From: an uncultured Bacilli bacterium | Lineage (GTDB): Bacteria > Bacillota_I > Bacilli_A > RF39 > UBA660 | Length of the DNA stretch: 64,000 nt | NCBI GenBank assembly: GCA_944355355.1 | Contig: CALVQE010000001.1 | Span: 3,175 to 67,174 of the forward strand | Reading direction: 5' to 3' | In this document: positions 19,187-29,249 of the stretch, one piece after another | How the letters are laid out: each line of letters opens with the position of its first letter | Position numbering within the stretch: position 1 is the stretch's first letter | Program-made: the position numbers and the translations under genes | Notes under the pieces: generated by a model | Databases searched by the model: none | Seen by the model: the letters and a program-made list of their open reading frames with translations, nothing else | What the model was told of the DNA's origin: nothing

Positions 19187-20842
19187 CTATGCTACCGAAA
19201 CAAAACCAATACCATTATTAGTATCAGTTTGTATTGGAATAATTCGTAATTTTGAAGCGATTGTTATCTCTTCTTCAACAACAGATTTTTTTTGATGAAA
19301 TTCGTCGCCATCAGCCCAATAAATCTTAGTGTCATTTGCATCATATCCTGCAAAACCATCTTCTGGATTTAGTTTTACATAAGTTCCGTCTTCACAATAA
19401 ATTGTTATTCCAGATTTATCTAGCAAGCAACACAATTTATTTGCTTCGTTATATAGTTCTAAAACACCAGCTTCATTTAAAGTTGATCCTAGCTTTAGTG
19501 TACCACCTTTAATCATGTCTGCAACTAAATTAATTACATTTATCTGTTGCATATCTAAAGTACCATCAATTGTCCACGCCGATTTAAATGTTCCATTGAT
19601 ACCGTTTTGACTAAATCCTATACCACCATTATTGATGCAAATAACATTTACTGCATCTTCTTTTGGTAATCTGTCTAACACTAAAATTTTACTGCCATCG
19701 TAAACAACGTATGAGTCATTCATAGCTGTATTAATCTTGTTTGTTGCATCTTCTAGTTCTGCTTGAAGTTTTGTATAATTCGTTGTATTTTCTTTATTAA
19801 CCTCTTGCGTTACCGAAGATGAAATCGATGAAACTAAGTCTTGTAATTTGTTTTTAAAGTTGCCAAACTCAATTTTCGTGTATTTTTCAGCAATACAGTC
19901 ATATTCAATCGAGATCACGTTTGTAGAGATATCGATTTTACATTTAGGATGCTTTATGTGAATAATATCGCCGACGTCAGACACATTTTGAATTGTTGAA
20001 CTTACAGAATAATTTACTTGAGGCAATTTATAGGTATTTAAGTAGTTTTCTGCTTTAGACCTCAAGTCGTTTATCAAAGCATTATTATAAGACGTCTCAT
20101 CTAATACTCCATCGGTAGTATAATCTTCTGGAACAATTTCACTTTGATCAAAAGTCACAACTTTAGTGTAAGGAATGTCATAAATATCATCTTCTAGCCA
20201 AGTTTCAGGAAGTACAAGTCCATCTTTTCCGACTGGGAGCAATTTAGTTACTACGTTATCCCAGTTTTCAGAAGATTTTATACTTTGAATATTCTTAGCG
20301 TATGCAAGGACAACCCCTCTGTCTTCCCCTATTTCATCACGAATAGCTATATTAAAATTATCTCGGACTAAATGTCCTCCCCACCGTTCAATTACTACAG
20401 AGATAGCTTCTTCCAATGAAGTTCTCACACAGCGATATGAATTGATAGCTGTAATATCAGAAATTGTTGTAAATGGAGTTGTTTTATCACAATGAGTATT
20501 CAAGTGATCAAGTGTGTCATTGCAATTTTTTTCGACAACATAACTATCCACAATAACATAACGTGCTGTATCAAAATATAAATGATATGCTTTACATGTG
20601 ACAGTATTATTATTGATTTCTGGATTAGTCATTCGAAATCCTTGCTTTCCCCACGGAGTATCAGTTCTAACGATTAATCCCTCTTGATAATAATCTAGGT
20701 TAGCTATAGTATCTTTTAATTCTAAATAATAGTCGCCATTATCTTCTTTAAATATTTTTGCATTCAAAGGATGTAATATTTTATCACCGTTTGTGGCAAA
20801 ACTAGTTTCAGTTGACGGATATACGCTTAACATTATAACCAC
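19187..20842 (-). CDS. tail-associated lysin / minor structural protein (Tal, anti-receptor N-terminal region)
   Basis: 551 aa. The MLSVYPSTETSFATNGDKILHPL opening is typical of the phage minor structural protein N-terminal domain. It follows Dit. Confidence 0.7.
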   Translation of the reverse strand: MVIMLSVYPSTETSFATNGDKILHPLNAKIFKEDNGDYYLELKDTIANLDYYQEGLIVRTDTPWGKQGFRMTNPEINNNTVTCKAYHLYFDTARYVIVDSYVVEKNCNDTLDHLNTHCDKTTPFTTISDITAINSYRCVRTSLEEAISVVIERWGGHLVRDNFNIAIRDEIGEDRGVVLAYAKNIQSIKSSENWDNVVTKLLPVGKDGLVLPETWLEDDIYDIPYTKVVTFDQSEIVPEDYTTDGVLDETSYNNALINDLRSKAENYLNTYKLPQVNYSVSSTIQNVSDVGDIIHIKHPKCKIDISTNVISIEYDCIAEKYTKIEFGNFKNKLQDLVSSISSSVTQEVNKENTTNYTKLQAELEDATNKINTAMNDSYVVYDGSKILVLDRLPKEDAVNVICINNGGIGFSQNGINGTFKSAWTIDGTLDMQQINVINLVADMIKGGTLKLGSTLNEAGVLELYNEANKLCCLLDKSGITIYCEDGTYVKLNPEDGFAGYDANDTKIYWADGDEFHQKKSVVEEEITIASKLRIIPIQTDTNNGIGFVSVA

Positions 20843-21531
20843 CTACTTTTTGGTTCCACTTCAATTTTAGTAACCGTACCAGTCCATGAAATTACACTTT
20901 CACCAGAGTCTAAAAGTGGAAAATCACCATTCATATTTCGATTTTTCAAAGTTGCTCCACAATATGCTTCTTCTTGCATAGAGTCAACTGTGATATACTC
21001 ATCATCTTCATCAATAGTTACAGAAAAAACATTGATATTATTAATAGAAATTTGAATAGTACCACTACCATAAATAGTGATTATTGGTTTTGATTTTTCA
21101 TACCCTTGATTTTCAACAGTTAACGACGTTTCGGTAGTAACTGTAAGAATTTGTTTAGTTTCATTTAAAAGATATTTGTAAGGTTGAACATGGAAACTAA
21201 CATCTGCTGTTTTAAATCGCAATAATTTTTCGAAGTCAATATTATCAATAATTTGAGCATTATAATATTTATCTGGCTCGTTTGACAATACCAGCTTTCC
21301 TTGACCATTGAAATAATTAATCACTTCATCGATATCATAGTCATAGCTAAGTCCAATAGAAATTGTTTTTGTATAACTTTTATAACCTAGATTTTCAACA
21401 ATATCACCGTCTAATCCATCTATTTCTGTCGTAGATGTTCTCATCTTTGGCTTAGAAATCGGTGGTAATGAAGTTATAATCAATCCAGCAATTGTAGAGC
21501 TATCTATATTTTTCCATTTTATTGAACTCAT
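20833..21531 (-). CDS. distal tail protein (Dit)
   Basis: 232 aa immediately after the tape measure, with a Sipho_tail-like sequence (TTEIDGLDGDI). Confidence 0.7.
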   Translation of the reverse strand: MSSIKWKNIDSSTIAGLIITSLPPISKPKMRTSTTEIDGLDGDIVENLGYKSYTKTISIGLSYDYDIDEVINYFNGQGKLVLSNEPDKYYNAQIIDNIDFEKLLRFKTADVSFHVQPYKYLLNETKQILTVTTETSLTVENQGYEKSKPIITIYGSGTIQISINNINVFSVTIDEDDEYITVDSMQEEAYCGATLKNRNMNGDFPLLDSGESVISWTGTVTKIEVEPKSRWL

Positions 21532-24038
21532 GAGTAAATCACCCTTTCAATATCATCAACAACTAATTCACCGAACTTATCGCCATCAATTTTAAAAGCC
21601 ATGCCCTCTAAAGCTTCTTGAAGTGCATTAATTAAATAAGCTGTATTAGAAGAAAAAGCATTAGAATTGCTATTGTCTAAATTTTTTGAAACATTGATAT
21701 TTGAAGCAATATCAAAATCAGTCGGTAAAGCCTTTTGAATGTCTTTGGTAACAGAAGTCATTTCATTTTCAAATCCTACTCCAACACCTTTTGCTAAATT
21801 AGATCCGATCTCATCTCGAAATAAGGTGGATGGGCTATGAATACCAAAGAAGCCTTTAATTCCGTCTAAAATAGCACTACCAAAGCCTTTAATTTTATCA
21901 AGAACCCAGTCTTTAGCATTGTTAATTCCGTTCCACAATCCCTGAACCACATTTTTTCCTACTTCTGTTATTTTTGATAGTCCTCCAAGAATACCGTCTT
22001 TAATTTTATTTAACAAGTCACCTCCTAAACTGATTAATTTCGGAAATAAACTTGTTACTCCAGAAATAAATGAAGAAATAATCTGTGGAACTTTTGCAAC
22101 TAGTTGTGGAATTGCTTGCACAATACCAACAGCTAATTTTAATGTGATTTCAACACCTGCTTCTATAATTTTAGGAAGATTATTCGTTAAAGCTTCAATT
22201 ACTTTATCAATAATTTCTGGTATTTTATCAATTAAATCAGGAAGAGCTTCAATTAGTCCCTCAGCTAAACCAAGTAATAATTGAATACCAGCATCTACCA
22301 ATAGATCAATATTATCAAGTAGCGTTGTAACCATAGTTGTTACAGCATTTACCATTTCTGGAATAAGAGTCGGCAACGACTGTGCAATACCTTGAACCAG
22401 AGAAACAATTAATTGAATACCCATCTGAAGTATTTGAGGTAAATTCTGAGTTAACGTAGAAATCAGCATATTAACGATCTGCATTACTGCTGTCATAATT
22501 GCTGGCATATTCGCTTGTAAGCCACTTATTAATGAAGTTAAGATATTACTTCCAGTTGTAAGAAACTGTGGTAAATAATTCATGATATTTTCTAACAAAG
22601 TCGGAAAAACTTCCATGATACTATTCACTACTTGTTCTACAACGGGCATAACATTTTCTACGACCGTCGTGGCACTATCGACAACATTGCTCACTAAATC
22701 ACTCATATTTGCATTTCCATCAGCTAAACCGGTCATGAAATTTGTCCATGCTGACTTCATGGAACTTATAGAACCACTAATAGTAGAACTTGCTTCTTTA
22801 GCTGTTGTACCAGTAATTCCCATTTCAGTTTGAATAACATGAATTGCTTGATATACGTCATTTAAATTTGATATGTCATAATCTATACCACTTATTGCAC
22901 TTGCATCGGCTAATAGTCGTTCCATTTCAGTTTTGGTTCCACCATATCCAAGTTTTAAGTTGTCTAGCATTGTATAATTTTGCTTAGCAAATCCTTGATA
23001 AGCATTTTGGATCATTTCCATTGAGGTACCCATCTTATTTGCGTTGTCCGACATATCTGTAATTGCCATATCAGCAACCTCTGCCGACTTAGCTGTATCA
23101 CCATTTAAACTCTGTAGTAAACTTGCTGAAAAAGAAGTTACAGTTGTCATATATTCATTTGCCGACATTCCTGCTGTTTTATAAGCATTATTAGCATAAT
23201 TTTCTACAACTCCAGCACTTTCTTCGAATAAGGTTTCAACACCGCCAATTAATTGTTCATATTCAGCATAACTAGATACTGCTGTCTTACCAACATCGAG
23301 TAAAGCTGTTCCAACAGTCTTCATTGCTGAAGCTAAACCTTTAATTCCTGCAATAATTCCCTCGCTAATCAAATTACCTTTAATTAAATCGCCTAGAGAT
23401 AACGTACTTTTGCCAGCATTATCAGCTTCTGTTGCAAATTCTTTAATTGATTTTGAATTGTCCTCGAAAGTATTCTTTGTCTTTGATAAAATAGCATTGT
23501 TAGAATTAATCTGCGTAGATAAGTTACTACATTCTGTTTTAGCATTGTTCATTTTAGTTGTATAATCATTTATTTTTCGACTATTTGCGTCATAAGCTGA
23601 CTCTGCTTTAGAAAGTTCTTTTTCTAAGTTTGCTACTACCTGTTGTTGTTTAGAAATTTCAGTACTCGATGAAGTAGTACTACTCTTCATTTTATCTAAT
23701 GTGCTTTTTTCACTTTCTAAAGAACTTTTTAATTTATCAATTTCTGTTTTATTTTTAGTTTGTTGATCCGTAAAGTCTTTGATTGCATCAGTACATAAAC
23801 TCACAATTTTTTGTTCTTCTTGTAGCTTTTTATTTAAAGCGTCGTTTTGAGTTCTTAAATCGCCAATTTTTGTGCCATTGTTTGTAAACTCTGCTGACGC
23901 AAGTTTTAATTCACTTGATACCGACTTTAAATTACTAGTAATATTTTTTAAAGCACTAGTATATGCACTTTCACCAGTTAATTTTACACTACCTCCAAAA
24001 GAACCTGCCATAAGTCTCCCTCCTTTCCTTACAACCAT
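21528..24038 (-). CDS. tape measure protein
   Basis: 836 aa with a coiled-coil N-terminus and hydrophobic Gly/Ala/Ile-rich repeats, located downstream of the tail chaperone genes. Confidence 0.85.
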   Translation of the reverse strand: MVVRKGGRLMAGSFGGSVKLTGESAYTSALKNITSNLKSVSSELKLASAEFTNNGTKIGDLRTQNDALNKKLQEEQKIVSLCTDAIKDFTDQQTKNKTEIDKLKSSLESEKSTLDKMKSSTTSSSTEISKQQQVVANLEKELSKAESAYDANSRKINDYTTKMNNAKTECSNLSTQINSNNAILSKTKNTFEDNSKSIKEFATEADNAGKSTLSLGDLIKGNLISEGIIAGIKGLASAMKTVGTALLDVGKTAVSSYAEYEQLIGGVETLFEESAGVVENYANNAYKTAGMSANEYMTTVTSFSASLLQSLNGDTAKSAEVADMAITDMSDNANKMGTSMEMIQNAYQGFAKQNYTMLDNLKLGYGGTKTEMERLLADASAISGIDYDISNLNDVYQAIHVIQTEMGITGTTAKEASSTISGSISSMKSAWTNFMTGLADGNANMSDLVSNVVDSATTVVENVMPVVEQVVNSIMEVFPTLLENIMNYLPQFLTTGSNILTSLISGLQANMPAIMTAVMQIVNMLISTLTQNLPQILQMGIQLIVSLVQGIAQSLPTLIPEMVNAVTTMVTTLLDNIDLLVDAGIQLLLGLAEGLIEALPDLIDKIPEIIDKVIEALTNNLPKIIEAGVEITLKLAVGIVQAIPQLVAKVPQIISSFISGVTSLFPKLISLGGDLLNKIKDGILGGLSKITEVGKNVVQGLWNGINNAKDWVLDKIKGFGSAILDGIKGFFGIHSPSTLFRDEIGSNLAKGVGVGFENEMTSVTKDIQKALPTDFDIASNINVSKNLDNSNSNAFSSNTAYLINALQEALEGMAFKIDGDKFGELVVDDIERVIYS

Positions 24039-24247
24039 TCATCATCTTTTGCTTGAGCTTCTTCTAATTGTTCGAATGTAATTTGTTTCATATCTAAATC
24101 GTGATAAATTTTGTAATGGTTATATAATTGATTGAATTTTTTTAAAGTCATTCGGAATACTTCCTTTTCTGTAAATCCTAATTTGCAATGACCAATAAAC
24201 AAAAACCACGAGAAATCAATTTTTACATTTTCTTCCTCGTGGATCAC
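24029..24247 (-). CDS. tail assembly chaperone, second ORF (GpT-like position)
   Basis: 72 aa, overlapping the preceding ORF by 4 nt and the tape measure by 10 nt. Confidence 0.5.
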   Translation of the reverse strand: MIHEEENVKIDFSWFLFIGHCKLGFTEKEVFRMTLKKFNQLYNHYKIYHDLDMKQITFEQLEEAQAKDDEWL

Positions 24248-24609
24248 TCGTTTTTTAACGTTTCAACTTCCGTAGAGTTGACAACAGTTTGATGTAACTT
24301 AGCTGTTGCTTCTTCTAATCCAAGTTGAGTTATTATTCTTCCAACCTGCTTATCCGTTAAAAAAGATTTCTTTTCTTCCAACTTTTCATTTTCAATATCA
24401 ATTGCTTCATTCATCATAGATTTAATACCAAAAATCAATGCTTTTACGTCTGGCTCAGATGCTTCACTAGTCAACTTTCCCCATTCATCGATACTTCCGT
24501 ACTTTTCTTGAATTTCTTGCATGACATTTAGATTAAATATGGCTTTATAATCTTTTCCGTCATAATGAAAAACTGTTTCTTTCTCTTTCATTTTTTCACC
24601 TCTTTTCAC
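24244..24609 (-). CDS. tail assembly chaperone (GpG-like position)
   Basis: 121-aa acidic protein between the major tail gene and the tape measure. Confidence 0.55.
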   Translation of the reverse strand: MKRGEKMKEKETVFHYDGKDYKAIFNLNVMQEIQEKYGSIDEWGKLTSEASEPDVKALIFGIKSMMNEAIDIENEKLEEKKSFLTDKQVGRIITQLGLEEATAKLHQTVVNSTEVETLKNE

Positions 24610-24612
24610 AAT

Positions 24613-24657
24613 AAAAAAAAGGACAAGAAACTAGTTATTTTCTAGCTCTTTGTCCTT
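24613..24657 (-). terminator. intrinsic terminator after the major-tail gene block
   Basis: Minus strand AAGGACAA...TTGTCCTT stem followed by T8. Confidence 0.55.
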
Positions 24658-24825
24658 TCTTCTCTCAGATTTTTTCACTGTTTCTTCGTAAGGATCTACA
24701 TAATCTTTAATTTCTTGATATCGTTGTTCGCTAACTTCAATAACTTCGCCAAGCTTATGAAAAACTTTAGTTATTTTATCGTTAAAACGTTTTACAACTA
24801 TATATTTTTTAGTCTGTTCGTCCAT
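24631..24825 (-). CDS. hypothetical small phage protein
   Basis: 64-aa charged ORF after the major tail gene. Confidence 0.45.
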   Translation of the reverse strand: MDEQTKKYIVVKRFNDKITKVFHKLGEVIEVSEQRYQEIKDYVDPYEETVKKSERRKDKELENN

Positions 24826-24837
24826 AATTTCCTCCTA

Positions 24838-25386
24838 TTATACGGTTTTAGTCAGTAAACTATCTAAGTATTCACTCGCATCATCATAAGAAGTGAATGT
24901 TTTCGTTTTAGACCATTCACCATTTTTCTTTTTCATAACACTTCCTTCAATAGAAACTGTTGAAAATTCAATTGACTCACCTTTTGTCGTTTCGTCTGGC
25001 ATTGTATCTTTGAATTTTACTTTAGACAAAAATTCAACTTTGTATTTATAAACTCCTCCGACTATTTTTGTTAAAATTCTTCCAAATGCCACATAAGGTG
25101 CGATGTCTGTATCTTTTCTAATGATTTCTTGAGTTTCTTCATCTACTTCATGACCAAGTAAAGGTGCCAAAACAGTATCGTCATCATCATCTACCGTGAT
25201 AGTTACTGTACCTTTATTGAATGTATAGTCGCTTTCAGCGAGTGCATCGTCTGCGTATAGTTCGGCACTATTAAGCTCTAGCGAAACTTTGCAATCAATT
25301 GCTTTGCCCAAAGTTTTTGGGGTAGACACTTCTTCATTTTCATCTAATTCAGAATACCTGAAATTTTTTAAACCAATTCTAGCCAT
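24838..25386 (-). CDS. major tail protein
   Basis: 182 aa. The MARIGLKNFRYSEL opening is typical of phi13-type major tail proteins, and the position fits. Confidence 0.7.
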   Translation of the reverse strand: MARIGLKNFRYSELDENEEVSTPKTLGKAIDCKVSLELNSAELYADDALAESDYTFNKGTVTITVDDDDDTVLAPLLGHEVDEETQEIIRKDTDIAPYVAFGRILTKIVGGVYKYKVEFLSKVKFKDTMPDETTKGESIEFSTVSIEGSVMKKKNGEWSKTKTFTSYDDASEYLDSLLTKTV

Positions 25387-25732
25387 GGATAACCTCCTCT
25401 ATTTTTTCAAAATTCATGACATAATGATGATATTTTGTATCCGTTTCGTACATATCACCATCATCACCGATCCAGTTATAATCATAACTTGTTAACATTT
25501 TTTTTAATTCTTGAACTATTTTTAAATAATTGCTTTTTGTATAAACATGAAATTCTAAAGAAATTTTTACACTTTCAAGCACATCATCACTTATAAAAAA
25601 TGGCGTTGTACCATTATCATAAAAGACAATATATTCTTCACTTGGTCCTGAATAGTTCATAAAAGCAATTGGTATCTCTTTTTGATCAACAATCAATTTT
25701 CCATGAAAAATATTTTCGATTTCTTCATTCAT
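25379..25732 (-). CDS. tail completion / tail terminator-position protein
   Basis: ORF track start is 25792. I prefer the MNEEIENIF start at 25732, directly after the upstream stop. Confidence 0.5.
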   Translation of the reverse strand: MNEEIENIFHGKLIVDQKEIPIAFMNYSGPSEEYIVFYDNGTTPFFISDDVLESVKISLEFHVYTKSNYLKIVQELKKMLTSYDYNWIGDDGDMYETDTKYHHYVMNFEKIEEVIHG

Positions 25733-25736
25733 GCAA

Positions 25737-26150
25737 TCACCCCTTAGGTAAATATTTGTTTTGCTCTTCAAGCATTGCTTTTTCAATGTCACTTTTTACA
25801 AAAGATTTTTTAAAAAACGGCACCTTTGCTTCCCCTCGACTTGTTCCATACTCTCTTGCAAGTGCAATGAGTGGAGCAGGTCTTTTTTTGTCTCCATCGA
25901 TATACCCATAAATAGCTACTTTGGTATTTGTCCCATCATCGGATGGAGTTTTATAAGGATTTGTGATCTTTAAATGTTCTTCCAAACTTTTAGTGGTTTT
26001 AAAAGATTTTCTCATGTTTTTAATTACATGATCATACACAACTCTAGCTCCTGCTTGAGTCATATTTTCTATCATCTTTTCACTATTTGAACTTAAAGTC
26101 TCAAATTCTTTTATTAATTCGTTTGGAAGCTCTATAACAAAATCAGCCAT
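25737..26150 (-). CDS. HK97 gp10-like head-tail joining protein
   Basis: 137 aa; position and sequence style fit the HK97 gp10 family. Confidence 0.55.
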   Translation of the reverse strand: MADFVIELPNELIKEFETLSSNSEKMIENMTQAGARVVYDHVIKNMRKSFKTTKSLEEHLKITNPYKTPSDDGTNTKVAIYGYIDGDKKRPAPLIALAREYGTSRGEAKVPFFKKSFVKSDIEKAMLEEQNKYLPKG

Positions 26151-26476
26151 TATTTTGTAATCTCTTTCGCTTGAATTTCTAATTCAATGTTACTATTGTC
26201 GACATTGTTAAGATATTCAATTGTATATCGTTTTGAATTAAACAAGATAATCATATCCCTTGTAATAGCAATATTTGGATATCGAATTGTAAAATTCGTA
26301 TATGCTTTTTCAAAATCACTATCATTTTGGATTAATGTATAACCTTTTGTAGTTTTTACGTTTGCATAAGCACTTAAAATAGTTGTTTCTTTTTCACTAA
26401 TTTTAAAACCAGCACTATCAAGTACTGGTGTAATTTTTAAAATATCAATTTTTTTATTATATTTTCCTGCATTCAT
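26150..26476 (-). CDS. head closure / head-tail adaptor protein
   Basis: 108 aa in the SPP1 gp16-like position. Confidence 0.55.
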   Translation of the reverse strand: MNAGKYNKKIDILKITPVLDSAGFKISEKETTILSAYANVKTTKGYTLIQNDSDFEKAYTNFTIRYPNIAITRDMIILFNSKRYTIEYLNNVDNSNIELEIQAKEITK

Positions 26477-26772
26477 AATAAATTTCTGGAATACCGTTCT
26501 AAAATAGTTGAAACAACGAAATTTATGTTAGTTTTATCAACGTACAAACATCTATTGTCATACATATCCTGACATAATATGAAAACCACGATCACAAAGT
26601 CGCTATGCTTATCGAGCTCTTCATCATCAACCCCAGTATAATTTTTTATATACTCAATCGCAACTTTTAAAATAGTTTCAAGAAATGCTTGTTCTTCTTT
26701 TGATAATTCTCCTGCTAATCTAAGATAACTGGAAATATCATTAACCTTAATTTCACTTACTTTTGTAATCAT
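26473..26772 (-). CDS. gp6-like head-tail connector protein
   Basis: Start moved to MITKVSEIK, preceded by the SD AAAGGGGGA. The ORF-track N-terminal extension overlaps the upstream gene. Confidence 0.55.
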   Translation of the reverse strand: MITKVSEIKVNDISSYLRLAGELSKEEQAFLETILKVAIEYIKNYTGVDDEELDKHSDFVIVVFILCQDMYDNRCLYVDKTNINFVVSTILERYSRNLL

Positions 26773-26821
26773 TTTGTTTCCCCCTTTCAAAGGATTGTTG
26801 CCCGAACAATAACAGAATGAA

Positions 26822-27190
26822 TTACTTTTCTGTATCAGGATTATCAGTAGTTTTATCGTCAGAAGAATTATCAATTTCTTGAGGATTTTTTCCCTCAGGA
26901 TCAATTTGATCTTCATTTTCTTCTGATAAATTAATCTGTTCTACAACAGCTTTTAATTCTTCATTTTCTTTTTGCAACTCTTCATTTTGTTTTTGAAGTT
27001 CAGAAATCGTTGTTTTTAAAGCAACGATTTCTTCTTCTTGCTTAGCTGATATTTTATCATCCTTAGAAATTTCATCGATATATCCAGCATTTTTTAATGA
27101 TTTAGCCAATTTCTTGTCTTGCACATCAATGAATTTTCCTTTTGTACCTACAACTTTACTTGTAGCAAAGCTTTTTAAAACCTTATACAT
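26822..27190 (-). CDS. coiled-coil acidic head-module protein
   Basis: 122 aa after the capsid gene. A fragment of it recurs in the ORF at 36914-37135. Confidence 0.5.
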   Translation of the reverse strand: MYKVLKSFATSKVVGTKGKFIDVQDKKLAKSLKNAGYIDEISKDDKISAKQEEEIVALKTTISELQKQNEELQKENEELKAVVEQINLSEENEDQIDPEGKNPQEIDNSSDDKTTDNPDTEK

Positions 27191-27192
27191 AA

Positions 27193-28371
27193 TTACTCAC
27201 CCGCATTAACATCGAGTGCAGCCAATTTTTGAAGATGTTCAATTTTAGCATCACATTCTAGCCAAGCGACAATGCCTGTAGCGTGTTGAGTTGCATATAA
27301 CTCTCTTAAAACCTGAATTTCTAAATCTTTAGATTTTTTCAAAGCAACTCCTGAGAAATTACCAAAAATGATAGGACGTTTGCCAGCTTCAATACCATCC
27401 ATATTATCAGATACATATACTGGATAACCTAAGATTTTACCATTAAATTCTCCCGTTGGATCAGGTGTAAAAATAGGATTATCATTACCATCTTTAATTA
27501 ATTCAATAGCAGTTTCAGTATCTTGGTTCATTACGAAGATAGAGCCTTTTCTATAAGCTTGAATAACGCTATTTTTTAATTTAACTAAATCGTCATATGT
27601 AATTGCTGGGGTAGCAACTTCGACTTTTTTAGTAATACCCTTACATCCTTGAATTTTACTATCAGATCCCTTTAAGATTTGACCCTCTAAGAAAATTCTT
27701 ACATATTCGGCAATAATGTTAATAACAATATTAGCTAAATCAATATCGGTATTATTAACTAAAGAATTACCAATTTTAGCTAATGCACCAATTAGATAAC
27801 TCTCTAAATCTACTGATGTAAATTTTCCTGCTTTTTCAGTTAATGCCGTAAAATCTTCTGCATAATCAACTGTAATATCATTGCCTGAACTATCTGCACC
27901 ATATACAGGAATACTTAGTTTTCCTTTTGTGTTGTAGGTAGTACATTTTTCCAAAATTGGAGATACATTTACAGCAGTCATAATGATTTTATTAGCGATA
28001 GTTGTTGGAATAATTACACCATTAGCTCCCTTAGTAAATTGAGTTTCACCTGCACGTTCTTCTAAGACTTCGTTACGAATATAACGACCAAAAGCTTCTA
28101 AATCTCTTTCTTCTAAAGCTCTTTGATTTTCAGGATCTTCTTCCTTACTTGCTGGAGCATTTTCAGGTTCTTTATCTTCAACTAAATTACGACTTTTATT
28201 GATTTTTTCCATTGTATCATTAATTGCAGTAATTTCCTTTTCCAATTCATCGAACAATTTGTTTTCTTCTTCCGTCATTGCTCTTTCTTCTTTTTTGACT
28301 GTTTCAACTAAATCAGCCATTTCTTTTTGTTTGTCAGCTTTTTGTTCAGCTAATTTTTTTAGATCATTCAT
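27193..28371 (-). CDS. major capsid protein, HK97 family
   Basis: 392 aa with a coiled-coil delta-domain N-terminus followed by an HK97-fold-like body. It follows the prohead protease. Confidence 0.85.
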   Translation of the reverse strand: MNDLKKLAEQKADKQKEMADLVETVKKEERAMTEEENKLFDELEKEITAINDTMEKINKSRNLVEDKEPENAPASKEEDPENQRALEERDLEAFGRYIRNEVLEERAGETQFTKGANGVIIPTTIANKIIMTAVNVSPILEKCTTYNTKGKLSIPVYGADSSGNDITVDYAEDFTALTEKAGKFTSVDLESYLIGALAKIGNSLVNNTDIDLANIVINIIAEYVRIFLEGQILKGSDSKIQGCKGITKKVEVATPAITYDDLVKLKNSVIQAYRKGSIFVMNQDTETAIELIKDGNDNPIFTPDPTGEFNGKILGYPVYVSDNMDGIEAGKRPIIFGNFSGVALKKSKDLEIQVLRELYATQHATGIVAWLECDAKIEHLQKLAALDVNAGE

Positions 28372-29249
28372 TTTGTTTCCTCCTTTAATTTTTCCAATCT
28401 TTCCTCGTATTCCGAGTAATCTATTTTATCAACTTCCTTTTTAGGTTGTTGTTCGGGCTCTTCTCGTGCCTCAATATAACTTCCCCTAATCACTTTTTTT
28501 TGTTGTGATGTATCAAAAGTCACATTGCCATTATCGACTTTATATGGAGTTTTATATAAACCCCCACTATCATCGATCATACCGTAGACAAAAGAATTAT
28601 CAAAATCCTCAATATAACCATTTTCAAAATTTTTACGATAAGCAACATTCAATAATTCTTTTAGTTGCATCATCGTTAAATTCTGACTTGTTTCTTGATT
28701 ATCTTGTGGTTCTTCCTCTTGTTCTACTTCTTCATCTCTAAACTCGACTACCCTAGCCATTCCATCTCGCATTTCAATAGATGTGCCAATATATGCTGGA
28801 ATTTTTCGATCATCAAGAATAGAAACTTCTATCAAATCAATGTCACGAACTGTTCTCTCATGCAAACCATTTTCATTTACTTCATCATCGGCTTTATTGC
28901 AAATAAAACCAAACGACCAGCCACGCAACTTATTTTGTTTTGCCTTTTCAATAACAGTTGAATCCGATACTTCCACAATTGCACGAAGTCCGATATTATC
29001 TTCATAAAGCTTTGCTGTCCCGTCTTTGGTATTTGCCAGTTCTTGATCATAATCATGATTTAATAGAACTTTGATACTATCATTCTTCTCGATGGCTCTT
29101 TGAAAAACCTTAGGCATGATACGTTCAATAAAACTATAAGATTTATTTTTTAGAACTTTCGAAAATCTTTCTACAGCATTCACATAACCATCAAGAATGA
29201 CTTTATCTTCCCTTATTTCTATTTTCATTGGCATTTTGTTCACCTCCAT
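28368..29249 (-). CDS. HK97-family prohead protease with acidic C-terminal extension
   Basis: 293 aa between portal and capsid. The N-terminal half has protease-like sequence and the tail is acidic. Confidence 0.75.
   Translation of the reverse strand: MEVNKMPMKIEIREDKVILDGYVNAVERFSKVLKNKSYSFIERIMPKVFQRAIEKNDSIKVLLNHDYDQELANTKDGTAKLYEDNIGLRAIVEVSDSTVIEKAKQNKLRGWSFGFICNKADDEVNENGLHERTVRDIDLIEVSILDDRKIPAYIGTSIEMRDGMARVVEFRDEEVEQEEEPQDNQETSQNLTMMQLKELLNVAYRKNFENGYIEDFDNSFVYGMIDDSGGLYKTPYKVDNGNVTFDTSQQKKVIRGSYIEAREEPEQQPKKEVDKIDYSEYEERLEKLKEETK

Noticed and set aside
26773-26916. N-terminal extension (MKIKLILREKILKK…) of the head-tail connector ORF
   Set aside because: It overlaps the upstream gene by ~95 nt and is low-complexity. 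A good SD precedes the internal Met at 26772.
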